Source: an uncultured Planctomycetales bacterium
Lineage (GTDB): Bacteria; Omnitrophota; Gorgyraeia; Zapsychrales; JANLHA01
Direction of reading: 5' to 3'
Length of the DNA: 64,000 nt
Assembly: GCA_964474085.1 (NCBI GenBank)
Contig: CAYYRJ010000014.1
Coordinates: 603 to 64,602 of the forward strand
Numbering within the stretch: the first letter of the stretch is position 1; each line of letters opens with the position of its first letter. The notes below the pieces were generated by a model. The model made no database searches. It was not told the DNA's origin and was given only the letters and a program-made list of their open reading frames with translations. Position numbers and translations under genes: made by a program. Shown here in pieces: positions 15,001 to 27,000 of this stretch.

Positions 15001-18000
15001 CGATAATATGATTTTTTCTAAAGTTGATGTTGAGATTCCTAATTGGAAAGCTCGCGTTTTTGCATTAAATTCTGGGAATCTTTTTGATGTCGTTACGGCA
15101 AGTCATTTATTAGAGCATCTTGATTCAGCCGAGTTGGTTGAAACAATTTTAAGTTGGTTAAGTTTGGCGAAGAAAGCGCTCATTGTTTCTGTGCCATTTG
15201 AACAGAAATTAAGCCATATCTCGCAGCATAAAACATTCTTTAACCCAGAACGGTTAGGGGCTTTGGCTAAGACAGTAAGCCAAAAGGCAGAGCATAAGTT
15301 TATTGCGCATCTTCAACATCTTAACTCAGGGATTGTCGTTTTTAGTGCATCGTCCACGATCTTGGAAGGTGTTGAGGATGTCATAAGTTATTATAATTCC
15401 TTAGATTCAAACAAAAAGTCTAAATTGCGTTTTGATCTTGCCGAATTGCTAGTGGCTAATTATTTTGATTCTCCTCAAGAAGTTGAGTCAATATTTCGGC
15501 GAATTTTTCAAGACGAGAGCTTAGATTTTCAAACGGCAATTTTTGCTTTGAGGGAAATTTTGATTCAACCGATGGCCAGCTCATTGTGGGTTTTAGAAAA
15601 CTTAAACAAGAAATACGGTATACGTATTACAGTTTCTGATCTGATCAGAATTTTTACGGCTTTTCAAGGAAATCATGTTGTCCAAGATATTATTCGTTTC
15701 AACAGTTCTGGATCAAAAGTGTTAGCGGTTGCTCGCGGAGTTATGCTTAAGAAGAAATCTACCACATATTATTTTGATGTTCAGACAACGGATACTTGTC
15801 CGTCTCTTTGTACAAAGTGCTGGAGATATTATCAGGATGATGGGGGGGTCGCGCATCTGATGCCTCGAGAACATCCCACCAACTTTGTGAGGCCATCTTT
15901 TACTGATTTCCAGAGGGTCTTTCATCAGGCTATTGACTTAGGAGTTGAGAGTATCGCCAGTACGGGTGGAGGAGAACCATTTATGAATTTGCAGTTGCCT
16001 GAATTATTGGCGGATGCTAAGGCTTATGCAGTTTCAAAGGGTATTAATCTCCGAGTGTTCGTGCCGGTTAGTGGGCTTGGACGCGTTTATAATGATCCTA
16101 AGAAGTTGGAATTAATTATTAACACGGTAGATCTTTTGCGGTTTAGTTTCGACAGTTTTGATAAAGATTTTGTTATGAAAAATCATGGGGTCAGTGAGGC
16201 TGGTTTTAACATGATGCTTAGGAATTTTCGTAAAGTTGTAGAATTAAAACATCACTTGCAATCTAATATCGACATTGAAGTGTTGATTTTGTTATATCGA
16301 GGGAATTATCAACACGCTGAGACAACTATTGAGAAGGCTTATGAATTGGGGGCAACGCGTGTTTTGATTAATTCAATAACTGGGAATGATGCAGTTGCGA
16401 TGGATCAAGAAGAAGCCAAGTTAAGCGCTAGAGTTTTACGGCGTATTTATGAACGTTTGGCTAATGGAGACTTTGGGGTGATGCAAATTGATTTTGATCC
16501 CGTCTTGATGGGAGGGTATGCGAACATTTCTCAAGTCGATCGAAATAACTTAGAACGACCACTCGGGAATATTCGTTACTGTATGAAAAACGTCTTTGGA
16601 TTAACTCCTGTTGTTACTGCAGATGGCACTTTTCATGTTTGCTTTCCTTGTTCTCAGCCGAATATTGCTAACAGACAAGATATTTTTAAGATTGGGAACA
16701 TTATGGAGGATTCAATAGAAGCTCTAGTTGCTCGCATGCGAGATAATTATCGTGATATTGATCCCGAAGAAGATTGTATTAAAGATTGCAGAGATATCCC
16801 ATATTTTAATGGGATTTTTCGTAAAGTAATTGAGGATATTTTATTAGGTATTCCGGTAACGGCACAACCATTTTTAGACCGTAGCGATCCGAAATTGATT
16901 GTTAGCCATACTCTGCATTCGGAAGTTTTTAATCAAGGAAATTTGTCTGAAGTTATGGATGAAATGAATGATGCGAGCCGTCAGGTATTTAATGATAAGG
17001 TTTCAGATTTTAAAGAATCTGTGTTGTTGATTGAGCAGGGAAGAGTAGCATTTGATCCTAATAACCTCGCAGAAGGCGTTGTAGCGCTACTGTTCGACAG
17101 GTATCAGACAAGAAATATTTTTGATATTCATGCAGTTCGATGGGAAGAGAAAACGTATCTTTTTTCTTACGACATTAGTATGCTTTATGAATTAGGGAGC
17201 AATGAATTTATAGATTTTATTGACGTTGATCGGTTGCCTGCTATTGCGCAAGATTTCTTTAAAGATTTACACCGTAAGCAATCAATGGGGGATATCTATA
17301 TTGATGATTATCCGGCACTGTTTTCAGAGAATTTCCCTCGGATACGGCGTGCAAATACACAGCCTGTTAATGTTACATTTTATATGAAAAGCAGTTTATC
17401 CTCCGACAAATCAGCTTCTAGTGGAATAAAATCAGAAAACGTTGCTGCTAACCAAAGGTCGCACAGTTTATTGCCTCAGCCAAATGCCAGCTCAGCTTCA
17501 ACGGTAATGTCTGTGGTTGCCCCAAGTTCTGGCGAAAACCCATACGTATCTTTTTCTGATATCCAGCGACTGCATTTGCCATATGGTGAAAATGTTTCGT
17601 TATATGGTGATTATTCGAAGATTTCCAAAGAAGCTAAAGAGGTGAGAGATTTTGTTATGACGTTTAATCCTGCTTTTCAGGGTGCGTTGCGAGATGATGG
17701 ATTCTACCCAGCGGTTTGCGAGGTAGCGTCGAATATTTTAGGACATTTACTTTTAATAAAATTTGGTAATTTTGTTAAGGTTGAGACTGTTGTTGGAATA
17801 GGGGTAGAAGGAACTCATTTTGGGACACAGATAACAGTTATAAATTCTGGAGAAGTATTTTATATTAACGCGACGGACGGACAGTTTATTTCTGGGTTGA
17901 AAGGATTGCTCTTTAATCATTCAGATATCGATTCCGTCAGAGAATTATATAGGTCATTGTCGCCAAATCTGTCGAGGCAAATATATGCTCAAATGGGGTT

Positions 18001-21000
18001 TGACTTTGTAAGTTTTAGAAGGGTTGGGGAAAGTTTCTCGCCGTCTATGTTTTATGACTTTATATTTATTTTTGATTCTGTGGCATCCAGTTTTCCCGAC
18101 GATAATATTAGTATAAAGGTTATCAGCCAGCTAGAAAACCGTATTAGCAACTGGGTTTCGCCCGATGTAAGCCAAGATGTGAAATCAAGAATGCCGTTAA
18201 ATTATTCGCATCTAGAAAAAATTGTACGTTTGGTGGAGCTTTTGCAGGCGCAGGGCGCTGAAAATAAAATTGTTGCCGCTTCAACGGCCAAAGAGGCAGC
18301 AGCCCCTGAAGATTTAGTAGAATTCTCCGTCGAGCCAAACGCGAGCGCGCCTGTGACCGGCCCGCCGCGTTATGTGTTTTCTTCCACTGTTTTTCCTTCA
18401 AGTTCTTCGCCTCTCAAGCCTCGACAACAACACACAAAAAATTTGGATTCAAACAAGCCTTCTCTGCGGGTTTTAAAAGATATCCACAACGCAAGTGATT
18501 ACTATCGCCAATTGGTTGGAGAATTAGAAAAGCTGCTCGCCCGGATCGATAAACATAATCAAGGTTTACGCGGTCATAGTGAACGCACGGCTTTATACGC
18601 TTTAGTTTTAGCTGACAAGCTTGGGGCTGATCTTTTTGATGTGTATATTTCGGCACTTATTCATGATGTTGGAAAGTGCAGGATTAGCAATCATCTTTTG
18701 GACGGACCAACTTTAACGAAGAATAAATTTATTGTGTTAAAAACACACGTAAGCAAAAGTGGCGGGATATTAAAAGCAAGATATCCTCTCTTAGATAGGG
18801 ATTTCGCATTGGGTCATCGATATCATCATGTTCGTCCCGACGGGAAAGGTTATCCGAAGTTTTTTGGTAAACAGGTGAATGAAGTTGAGCGGCAAGTAGT
18901 CTCAATTGTTTCGGTAGCGGATGCCTTTGATGCGATGACGGATCAAAGGACCTATAATCAGCAGGTTTCGCCCTTGATCGCTTTACGGCGGATTTCTGAG
19001 GCAAGTGGAAAACAATTTGATCCGACGGTAACAGGCGCCTTAAATGCTTTGTATTTTAGCAATAGGTTTGACGTTGTTGAATTAGAGAATTTGCCGCTTT
19101 GGGTGACGTCGGTTCTGCATAAGATGCTTTTAATCCAAGTCCCTGAAGGTGCTTGCTGTTGGCCGGACAATTTGTTAAACGTAAAGTCTAGATCCAGCGC
19201 GCCTGTGACCGGCCCGCCGGCTGAGCAGTTTATCGTCGTCTCTGCTCCATTGTTCCCCTCTTCCAACGCAGTTAGCCATTTTACAGATCAAACAAGAATT
19301 TCTACAGATTTAAGTCCGCTTATTCTTAATGGCGTTAGTCCTAATTTGTTTAGAAATGTTAGCGAAGTCCATTTGATCGCCGCTGGCGGAGGTGGCGATG
19401 TGGATAGCGCGATTCTTCTGGCTTTAGGGTTGCGTCGAATTCTTGGCGAAAATATAAAGATTGTTATTTTTACCACTAACGTGAAACACGCTAAAGAAAA
19501 CCCTATGGGCTGGCCGCTTCCCGTCGGAAATATCATTAATATTAGAACTGGTCAGCCGATTAAGCCTATCCCGGGCAGCGAGCATATTTATCGCATTGTC
19601 CCCGGGCTTATTGTTCAAAACGAAATTTTGGATGATGCCGACCGACCGTATCGCGTCGAAGTCCCGCTTTCAGATAGTCAGATGGTTGCTCGTGGGCTTG
19701 CGCAAGGGATTGAACTTTGGATGGTAGATGTTAGCCAAAGTGCAAAAGATTTAGCCCAAGATTATTTACGCTCGCAAAGCGATGACGTTAAGAGAAAAGA
19801 GCGTGTTCTTATCAGTCTTGATGTTGGCGGAGATAGCCTTGCGCGGTTCCCGTACTCAATAACTTCACAGAATAAGCAAACGCATCCGGAGCGGTTTATT
19901 TGCTCGCCGGTGACCGACATGATTATTTTAAACATGGTCAGTGAATTAGAGCGAGTTTTACACGCAAACGTTTTCTGGGCTGTTTCAGCTTTAGGCGGTG
20001 ACGGAGAATCAACCCCAGAGGTGCTTGAGTATATGCGCGAATATTATGCCGCGCAAGAAATCGTCGGCGTTCTGGATAATATTCGTTTGTTTAATGAATA
20101 TATAACCCGTCAAGATGCCCTCGTTCTATATCAAGCGCTTGCGACGATACCCAGCGAAGTTTCAGGAAACCTTTTGAAACGTCTTTTTGCCATTTCTGGA
20201 CGGCTTGATGAAATTCGTGGATTAGTTGATCGGCAACAAAATGTAGACCTTAAGCGTTGGGTGATGAGCTCGCAATATTTGCAGCAAGGTTTTCATCCTC
20301 AACAAATGTTTGATGCCAATTATATGACGCAGGCCCTTGCTCCAGTATTGGCAGCTTCACTGAGAAATGGGACTCGTCGCGAGTTATTGTCCCAGGCGTA
20401 TCCACTCACGTTTTTCTTTCGTCCGTCGTCGATTGCGTCAAAAGTCCGTAATCCTGATTTTGGCAACGCAAGGCTTAATTGGAAACAAATGGAAAGGGCT
20501 GTGCGGGGATTTGGTTATACGACGGAAATATCTGATTCACAAATGATTTGCAAATTGCAAGAAGCAAAAACCGCTGTGGGTGTTGTTGCCGCTAGTTCGG
20601 TTCTTTCTTCATCAACCTTTTCTTTGCGCGAACTTTCGATAAATATCAAACAGGCGCAGTTGTTGTTAAAAGAACTGGGGCTTGTACACGAACTGGCCGC
20701 TAATGTGATCCAACCGCTTATGCAAGAAGTCGGCGCTTGGCAAGACAGAGAATTGCGAGGCGTATTTTATAGTTTACTTAAAAGTCAAGCTGTCCCTATT
20801 TTATCCGACGGAAAAATCATTTTTGAAAATACGCAGGGCGTTGGCATCGATGAGTACGGCAAGCTTACTGTTGATGCGAAAATTCGCGAAGGCTTAAAGG
20901 TAATCGGATGTGGCTGCGTCTTTGCGGACATGGACGATAATCTTGCCCCGAGGGAAAGTCCTTTCCCTGACGCAATCGTTAATGCGATTTTGGAATTGAT

Positions 21001-24000
21001 CATGCTAGGGATGATGCGCCTGCGAATTACGACGGACAATGAAATTGCTAAAGCGGTTTATCGTTTGGATGTCCTTGCCCCGCAACTGCGCTCGGAAATC
21101 ATCGTTTATGCGGATGGTTCCGGGAATATGTATTATTTTGACGCTAATCGCAGCCAGTGGGTTTTAGATCCCGCATACGCGCAAGGGATCGGTTCGTCAA
21201 TTAGTCCCGAGACGTATCAACTGATTAAGGCTCAGCTTTTTGACGAGTTTATTGAAGATTGGAAAGAATTTTTGATGACTCTTGCTGAGGCTTTAAATGA
21301 ATTTTTGCCACAAGAAAATTGGCCGTCCGACGAAACAGGCCTGCAAATTATTTTGGAAAAACTTGCTGGCGGACTTTTAAAGCCGATGCTCCGTGACTCT
21401 TCGCTGCGAGAACAGGCAGTTTCTGCTCTTTTTTCTAAAGATACCGAAAATTTCGTTGAGAGACTTTTACAGGAAGCAGAAAGCATCGACGAGCATGATG
21501 CCCAAAGACGATCTTCCTTTTTGCAAATGGTCGCTGTAGCAGAAATATTAAGAATTCTCAATTCAAACGATACCGCAGATAAAAAAGAGAAGAGAGATAT
21601 CATAGCTAATTTTATTACGCTCGACAATTTGAAGTTTCCGCTTAAAGACAGGATATTGGCTGTCACGTACCGTCAAGGTGTTCAGATTTCGCTTAAGGCC
21701 ATTCGGCCTAAATTGATTCATGACCTTTATGAAAGAATTCTTATTGATAAAATGGCTGCGCTTAAAGAATATTTTGGCGTTGAGTATCCGGATTTAAAAG
21801 ATTTGCAGTTAAGCAAAGCCAGCCGTACCACAATTAATATCAAACAAGGTCATGTCAATAAAGCAGGCCCGTTTATCGACGCTGTTGAGAATTCGGGGGG
21901 AATGCCCTTTTATATTCTTTTTACCGCTGACGATTTTTCAGGTAAGGGGGTCGATGTTCCCGTTGCGCAACTGTCCAATGATGTATCAGGGTATGAGCAG
22001 ATGATGATTTTAAATACTGATGAGCAGTTTTCGGATGCGGGTCTTTATCCGCGCGTGCGTTTGACAAAGGATATTGCTTTTCTTGAGGGTAAATTTGGTC
22101 CAGAAGCGAATGCCGCGATTTATCAGAATCTGGCAAAAAATATTGGAGAACAGCTGCGTATGCTTTTGGCAAATCCACAGTCACAGCCACAGCCGGCTAT
22201 GGAAATTTTACGCTATGACCTTGGATTTGACTCAAAGGTTGAGCAATTTACCCGGTATTCCCGTCGGCGATCGCAGTTATTAAGAATTTTCAGTGAAGAC
22301 CAAGAGCTTGTTGATCAATATTTACAAAGGTCTAAAATTTCTTTAGGTTTAAACAGGCTGCAGGTGGAAAGCGGAATTTTTGATCCTTCTTTGGCCGAAG
22401 AGAGCCAAAAAGGCGCCGATTCTTATATGCAAAAAGATGCGGCAGTCGGTCTGTGCATGGGCGGCGGAACCGGAATGCTTACGGTTATTCAGGCGATTCT
22501 AAAAATTGTCCCGCCAGAGCTGAAAATTATCGGTGGGGTCACTTCAACTGATGACGGAGGTTCGAGTTTTGCAATTGATAATGATTTAAGAACTGCCGGA
22601 TTTGGCAGGCCGCCTGCTTTGGGGGATTTGATAGGGGCTTTGCTGCAAGGGCTTGCTTCACCGGATAAAATTTTTCGTCTTTTAGACCCGCAAGGGCGGG
22701 TGCAAATGACCAATGAACAATCTCGAATGCCAGAATCTGATATGGAAGGTCATTCTTTTAGGGTAGGACAGCCTGTTTTTTACGACGATCAGTATAACCC
22801 GATTTATCTAAAAGATTTTAAAGAGCTGATTATTCGTTCCCTTAATCGTATTGTCCGGCAATTTTTACATCAAGATAGATTAAGCGATGATTTTGTTTTT
22901 TTTGCGGTGAGTTTTTTGAATCTTGTTGAGCGCTTGGAGCCCTATTTAGAAAAGGGATATATCGGTTTGCCGGGTTTAAGCATCCGTAATCTTTTGCCGA
23001 TAGGCGCTATGGATTATATGGGACTTATAGATCTCGACAAGCCAAAATATAAATCAGCCGTAGGTAAGCCGATTATTTCTAACGAAAAGGATATGCGCCG
23101 TTTTGAAAAAGGTCTTGATCTTATCGCGCAGATGATGGGTATTACCCAAGGCCGCGTGCGGCTTTCGCATCTCTATCCGGGCACGCTATATGCACTTTAT
23201 CAAGATTTTGTAATTCTTATCAGAAATTCTGTATCGCAAGAAAATATTATCCTTCTTGTCCGTCGAGAAAATAAAAATTGGCTGGTTCGTTTCTGGGAAA
23301 AAGATGAAGAATACAAAGTCAATTTTTCAAGCCATCGTGTCGAGATTCCCTTAACAAGCACTTTGACCGCGAATTTTTCAGGCCAGCAAAATAGCTTTTA
23401 TTTTTCAATCAATACCGGTTACGGATCTCTGCAGGTACTCGAAAGACCGCAAATGTCCGAAAGTCTTGTCGCCTACCAAAGTAAAAAGTATCAGATGTCT
23501 ACGGATGGAACAGGGCTTCTGCAGCTTTCAAATAAGAGAAACTCCCGTCATAAAGCTTTGTCAATCAACGGTCATACGGTCTATATTCGTAATCGTTTTG
23601 TCGCGATGCAGACGCATATTACGGAGACAGCAAATTTTTCTAGAATTGTTGGATTTGGTATTGCGACAGCAAAAAGTTTTAATGGCCGCAATGCGTATAA
23701 GCCGGATTCTCAAAAACACTTGGCGGCTAACAGCGGATTCTTGAAAAATATTCTTTCCGAGAACACTCGCTTTATTACCTTTGGTCCCGGTTCGCTGTTT
23801 ACAAGTTTATTGACTCATTTTCTCGTCGGTGGATTGGCTCAAGCTTTGGCTGGCCGCTGTAAGCGTGCGGATATTCCCATTGTTCTGTTTTTGGGGCCCG
23901 TGCTGGATAATGAAAGTTTTGGATATCGGCTATTAGATCTGTTGGAATATATTGAAAAGTTATCAGGATTGCGTTTTGATAAAAATCCTATTTTTACGGA

Positions 24001-27000
24001 TTTAGTTGTAGCTCCGTTGGATACCAGCACCATCGAAAATGCTCGTCAAGTTGACGGACTACAGCCAGTCGATTGGTATGTCGAGCAATTGCTCAATGGC
24101 GATGGCAGTGTCAAAAAAGATGTTATCGCGGATTTGGATTTACGTTATATCCAAATGCTCGTTGAAAACTATCGCGCTCAAGAGAGTTCCGGCCAGCCGA
24201 TCTTGGACATTAATGGCGCAGAGATTTGGTTGGAGGACGAAAATCGTGCGGCAGTTTCTTTAAGAGATTATCTGACATTTAAGATTACGCAATTTTTAAA
24301 GTGTGTTAACCAGGAACCTAAGCCTGAGGTGCGCAAGCCCAGCGATCCTTCCAAAGAAGCCAAAAAGCCCCGCGGTTCATTTACGCCGTCGGCAGAAGAG
24401 TTAGAATTAATTCAAAAACGATATAAAATTCGTGTTTGGACAAATATTTTTACTGCAGGAGTTATGTTGAGTTCTCCTCGCGATCCCAGCCAGCGGGTAG
24501 AGCCAAAGATTGGTTATGCCAAGGATAATCCCGAGCATTTGCGCGAACTTTTAAGGCTTCCCGCGATAGAAACGTCCGTTGCCAGCTCAACTCTTGTTTT
24601 TGGCGATGATAGAGCTTCGAAAACATCGGCGGTTGTCGAGCCGTTGCGGTTAATTATGCGGATGGGAGAGTTTTTTGCACAGTTCACAGGTTCGTTTGCG
24701 GTTCCTGCTCGGTTACAGCATACGGTCAAATCATTATTTGCTTATAAAGATATTGTTGAGCAGCCACGTATTAAGGCCTTGCTTAACCGGGTCAATGCAT
24801 CGTCGTGGAATTATGTTATTACTGATTTTGATGCTTATCGATTGGCACTGATGTTCAATCATGTTCCTCAGGGCGCTTTAGGCGTTGCTTTGCCGGATGG
24901 AACAATTATTTTTTATGAACCTTATTTATCTGCCCAACAGCCTTATCTTGTTGCTCATGAATTGCAGCATAGAATTAATGATTTGGTTAATCGAGAAAAA
25001 CAAACACAAGCCGTTGCTGCTGGAAGGACAGCCATCGAAGTTTTATTTTCTGAAATTGTTCTTGGGAATGTTTCATCGAAGGCTTTGACGCAGCTAATCA
25101 ATCTCAGGGAATTATTTATCAATGAGTATGGCTCCCAATTAGGGTTAGATGAACTGATTGCTTGGCTTGTTGTTGGTGCCTATCCCAATTGGATGTATGA
25201 TCGAGCCAATCCAATTGAGTCGACGGAAGAAAAGAAATATTTTAGTTCTGTCAGCAATGGGCAGGGAGAAACGCTAGGTTTGGTTAGACGTTTTCTTCAA
25301 AAATTGACCGCAAGCGACAGAGATGTTTTTTCTCGTTTTTATCAACAAGGTTTAGGCGTCCCGTACAGTTTTGATCCTGACGGTATTCATTTAGTCGCCA
25401 GTTCGGGTGTTGCTCATAATCTGGTTGCGAATCGTCAAGAGGTCATTGAAATGGCGATGTTTAAATTTGTGCGGCTTGCCTTGGAATCTGTCGAAAATTC
25501 AGGAAGTTTTGTCGTCGTTTTACCCGGCGGAAAAACGGCGCGGGATTTTTATTTAGCTTTTGCGGCGCAAATTGATCAAGTGATGAGCGTAGAATTAAAT
25601 TCGTTAAGTCCAAAGCAGAGAATTGATCGCCAACATTTAGAAAGCATTTTGCCGCAGACCATTTTTATTCCTTTGAATACTTCTATTCGCGACGGACAAA
25701 CAGATACGCAAACAGTTTGGCTGCCTTTATTTGAAACGTTAATGACTTATGGCTTGATCAAGCCAGAACAGATTTTGCAGATTAATTATTCAGGTCCAGC
25801 GTCACCAGAACAAAAAGCTTTGGATTTGCAAAATGCCATTGCGCAAAGACTTAAAATACTCAAAAAAGAGAAAGTGGACTTGGCCCTTGTCGGTATCGAT
25901 GAGAATGGCCGCTGGGCAGGGATTGAGCCGCAAGATGATTATGTCCTCAATTCGCAGGAAATGTATGTTTATAGCCAAGAGACAACACATTACACTTTTA
26001 CGTCATATTTTATTTTAAATAGGGTCAATCAAGTAATCGCTCTTCTTTCCGGCGGGAATAAACGTTGGGTTGACATGCATTTGACGACACATAATTCGCC
26101 TGATCGGCGCGATGTCCCTGCGGTCGATTTGCGAAATCATCCGCATGTGCTTGTGATTATTGACCAAGAAGCGCGCACTTTTCCGACAGAAATAATTTCT
26201 TATTCCGACTCGGTCAGCGGGCAAAAGCTTGAGACTGAAATATATTTAAATGTCCAGCGAGAAGTTGATGGCATAAATCTCCATGAGCAGCCAGTTATTA
26301 TTGGGGTTCATGGCCATTTGATGCGGGCATGGAAACCGATTTTGGCGATGCCTCAGTGGAGTAAAGAGAACTATATTTTTGCTGACTTAGCCCGTCGTCC
26401 TAAAGTTGACGATATACAAGCATGGCGCAACACGGGTTTGAGTGATGATGAAATTTATATGTGGCAGACAGCTTTGCATATCCAAGCGGCTATTGCGCAT
26501 TTTATCCAGCAAGGCCATCCAGTTGGCCTTGTGATGCATTCGATTGCCAATGAGTTTCTTAATTTCATCTTAGCTAATCTTAAGACCAAACTCACCCTCT
26601 CCGATGGAAAACAATATCAGCCTTTGGAGTTTATGGAGGAGAATATCAGCCGTATCCCAATCGTTCTTGTCAATCCGTTTTTTGCTCGACACAATTTTCG
26701 CGCGGCACTAGGTGTTTTGCAAATATTTTTAAAATCAAATTTTCCGTCGTGGATTTATTGGCCATGGAAAGTATTCTTAGAAAACATTCCTTCTAACTTA
26801 GAACAAAGTTTTGATAGATCAACCAGAAGATTCGTGCATTTTTTAATTAATAGAACAGCCGCTGTGGCATCAATGGCAACACGCATTCCGTATTTTGGCA
26901 AGTCGTTTCGGAACGTCATTGTTAATAAAATTGATCGTATGGAGGAGGTCCCGGATGAATTTAGGGCTGATATTATCGAAGAGTTTGATAATGTCGTTGC

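Noticed and set aside
19370-20000. Segment HLIAAGGGGDVDSAILLALGL...LISLDVGGDSLARFPY... inside the giant protein as a specific kinase or LOG-like domain
   Set aside because: Gly-rich and DVGGD motifs are suggestive, but I could not match them confidently to any family from memory. Left as unknown.
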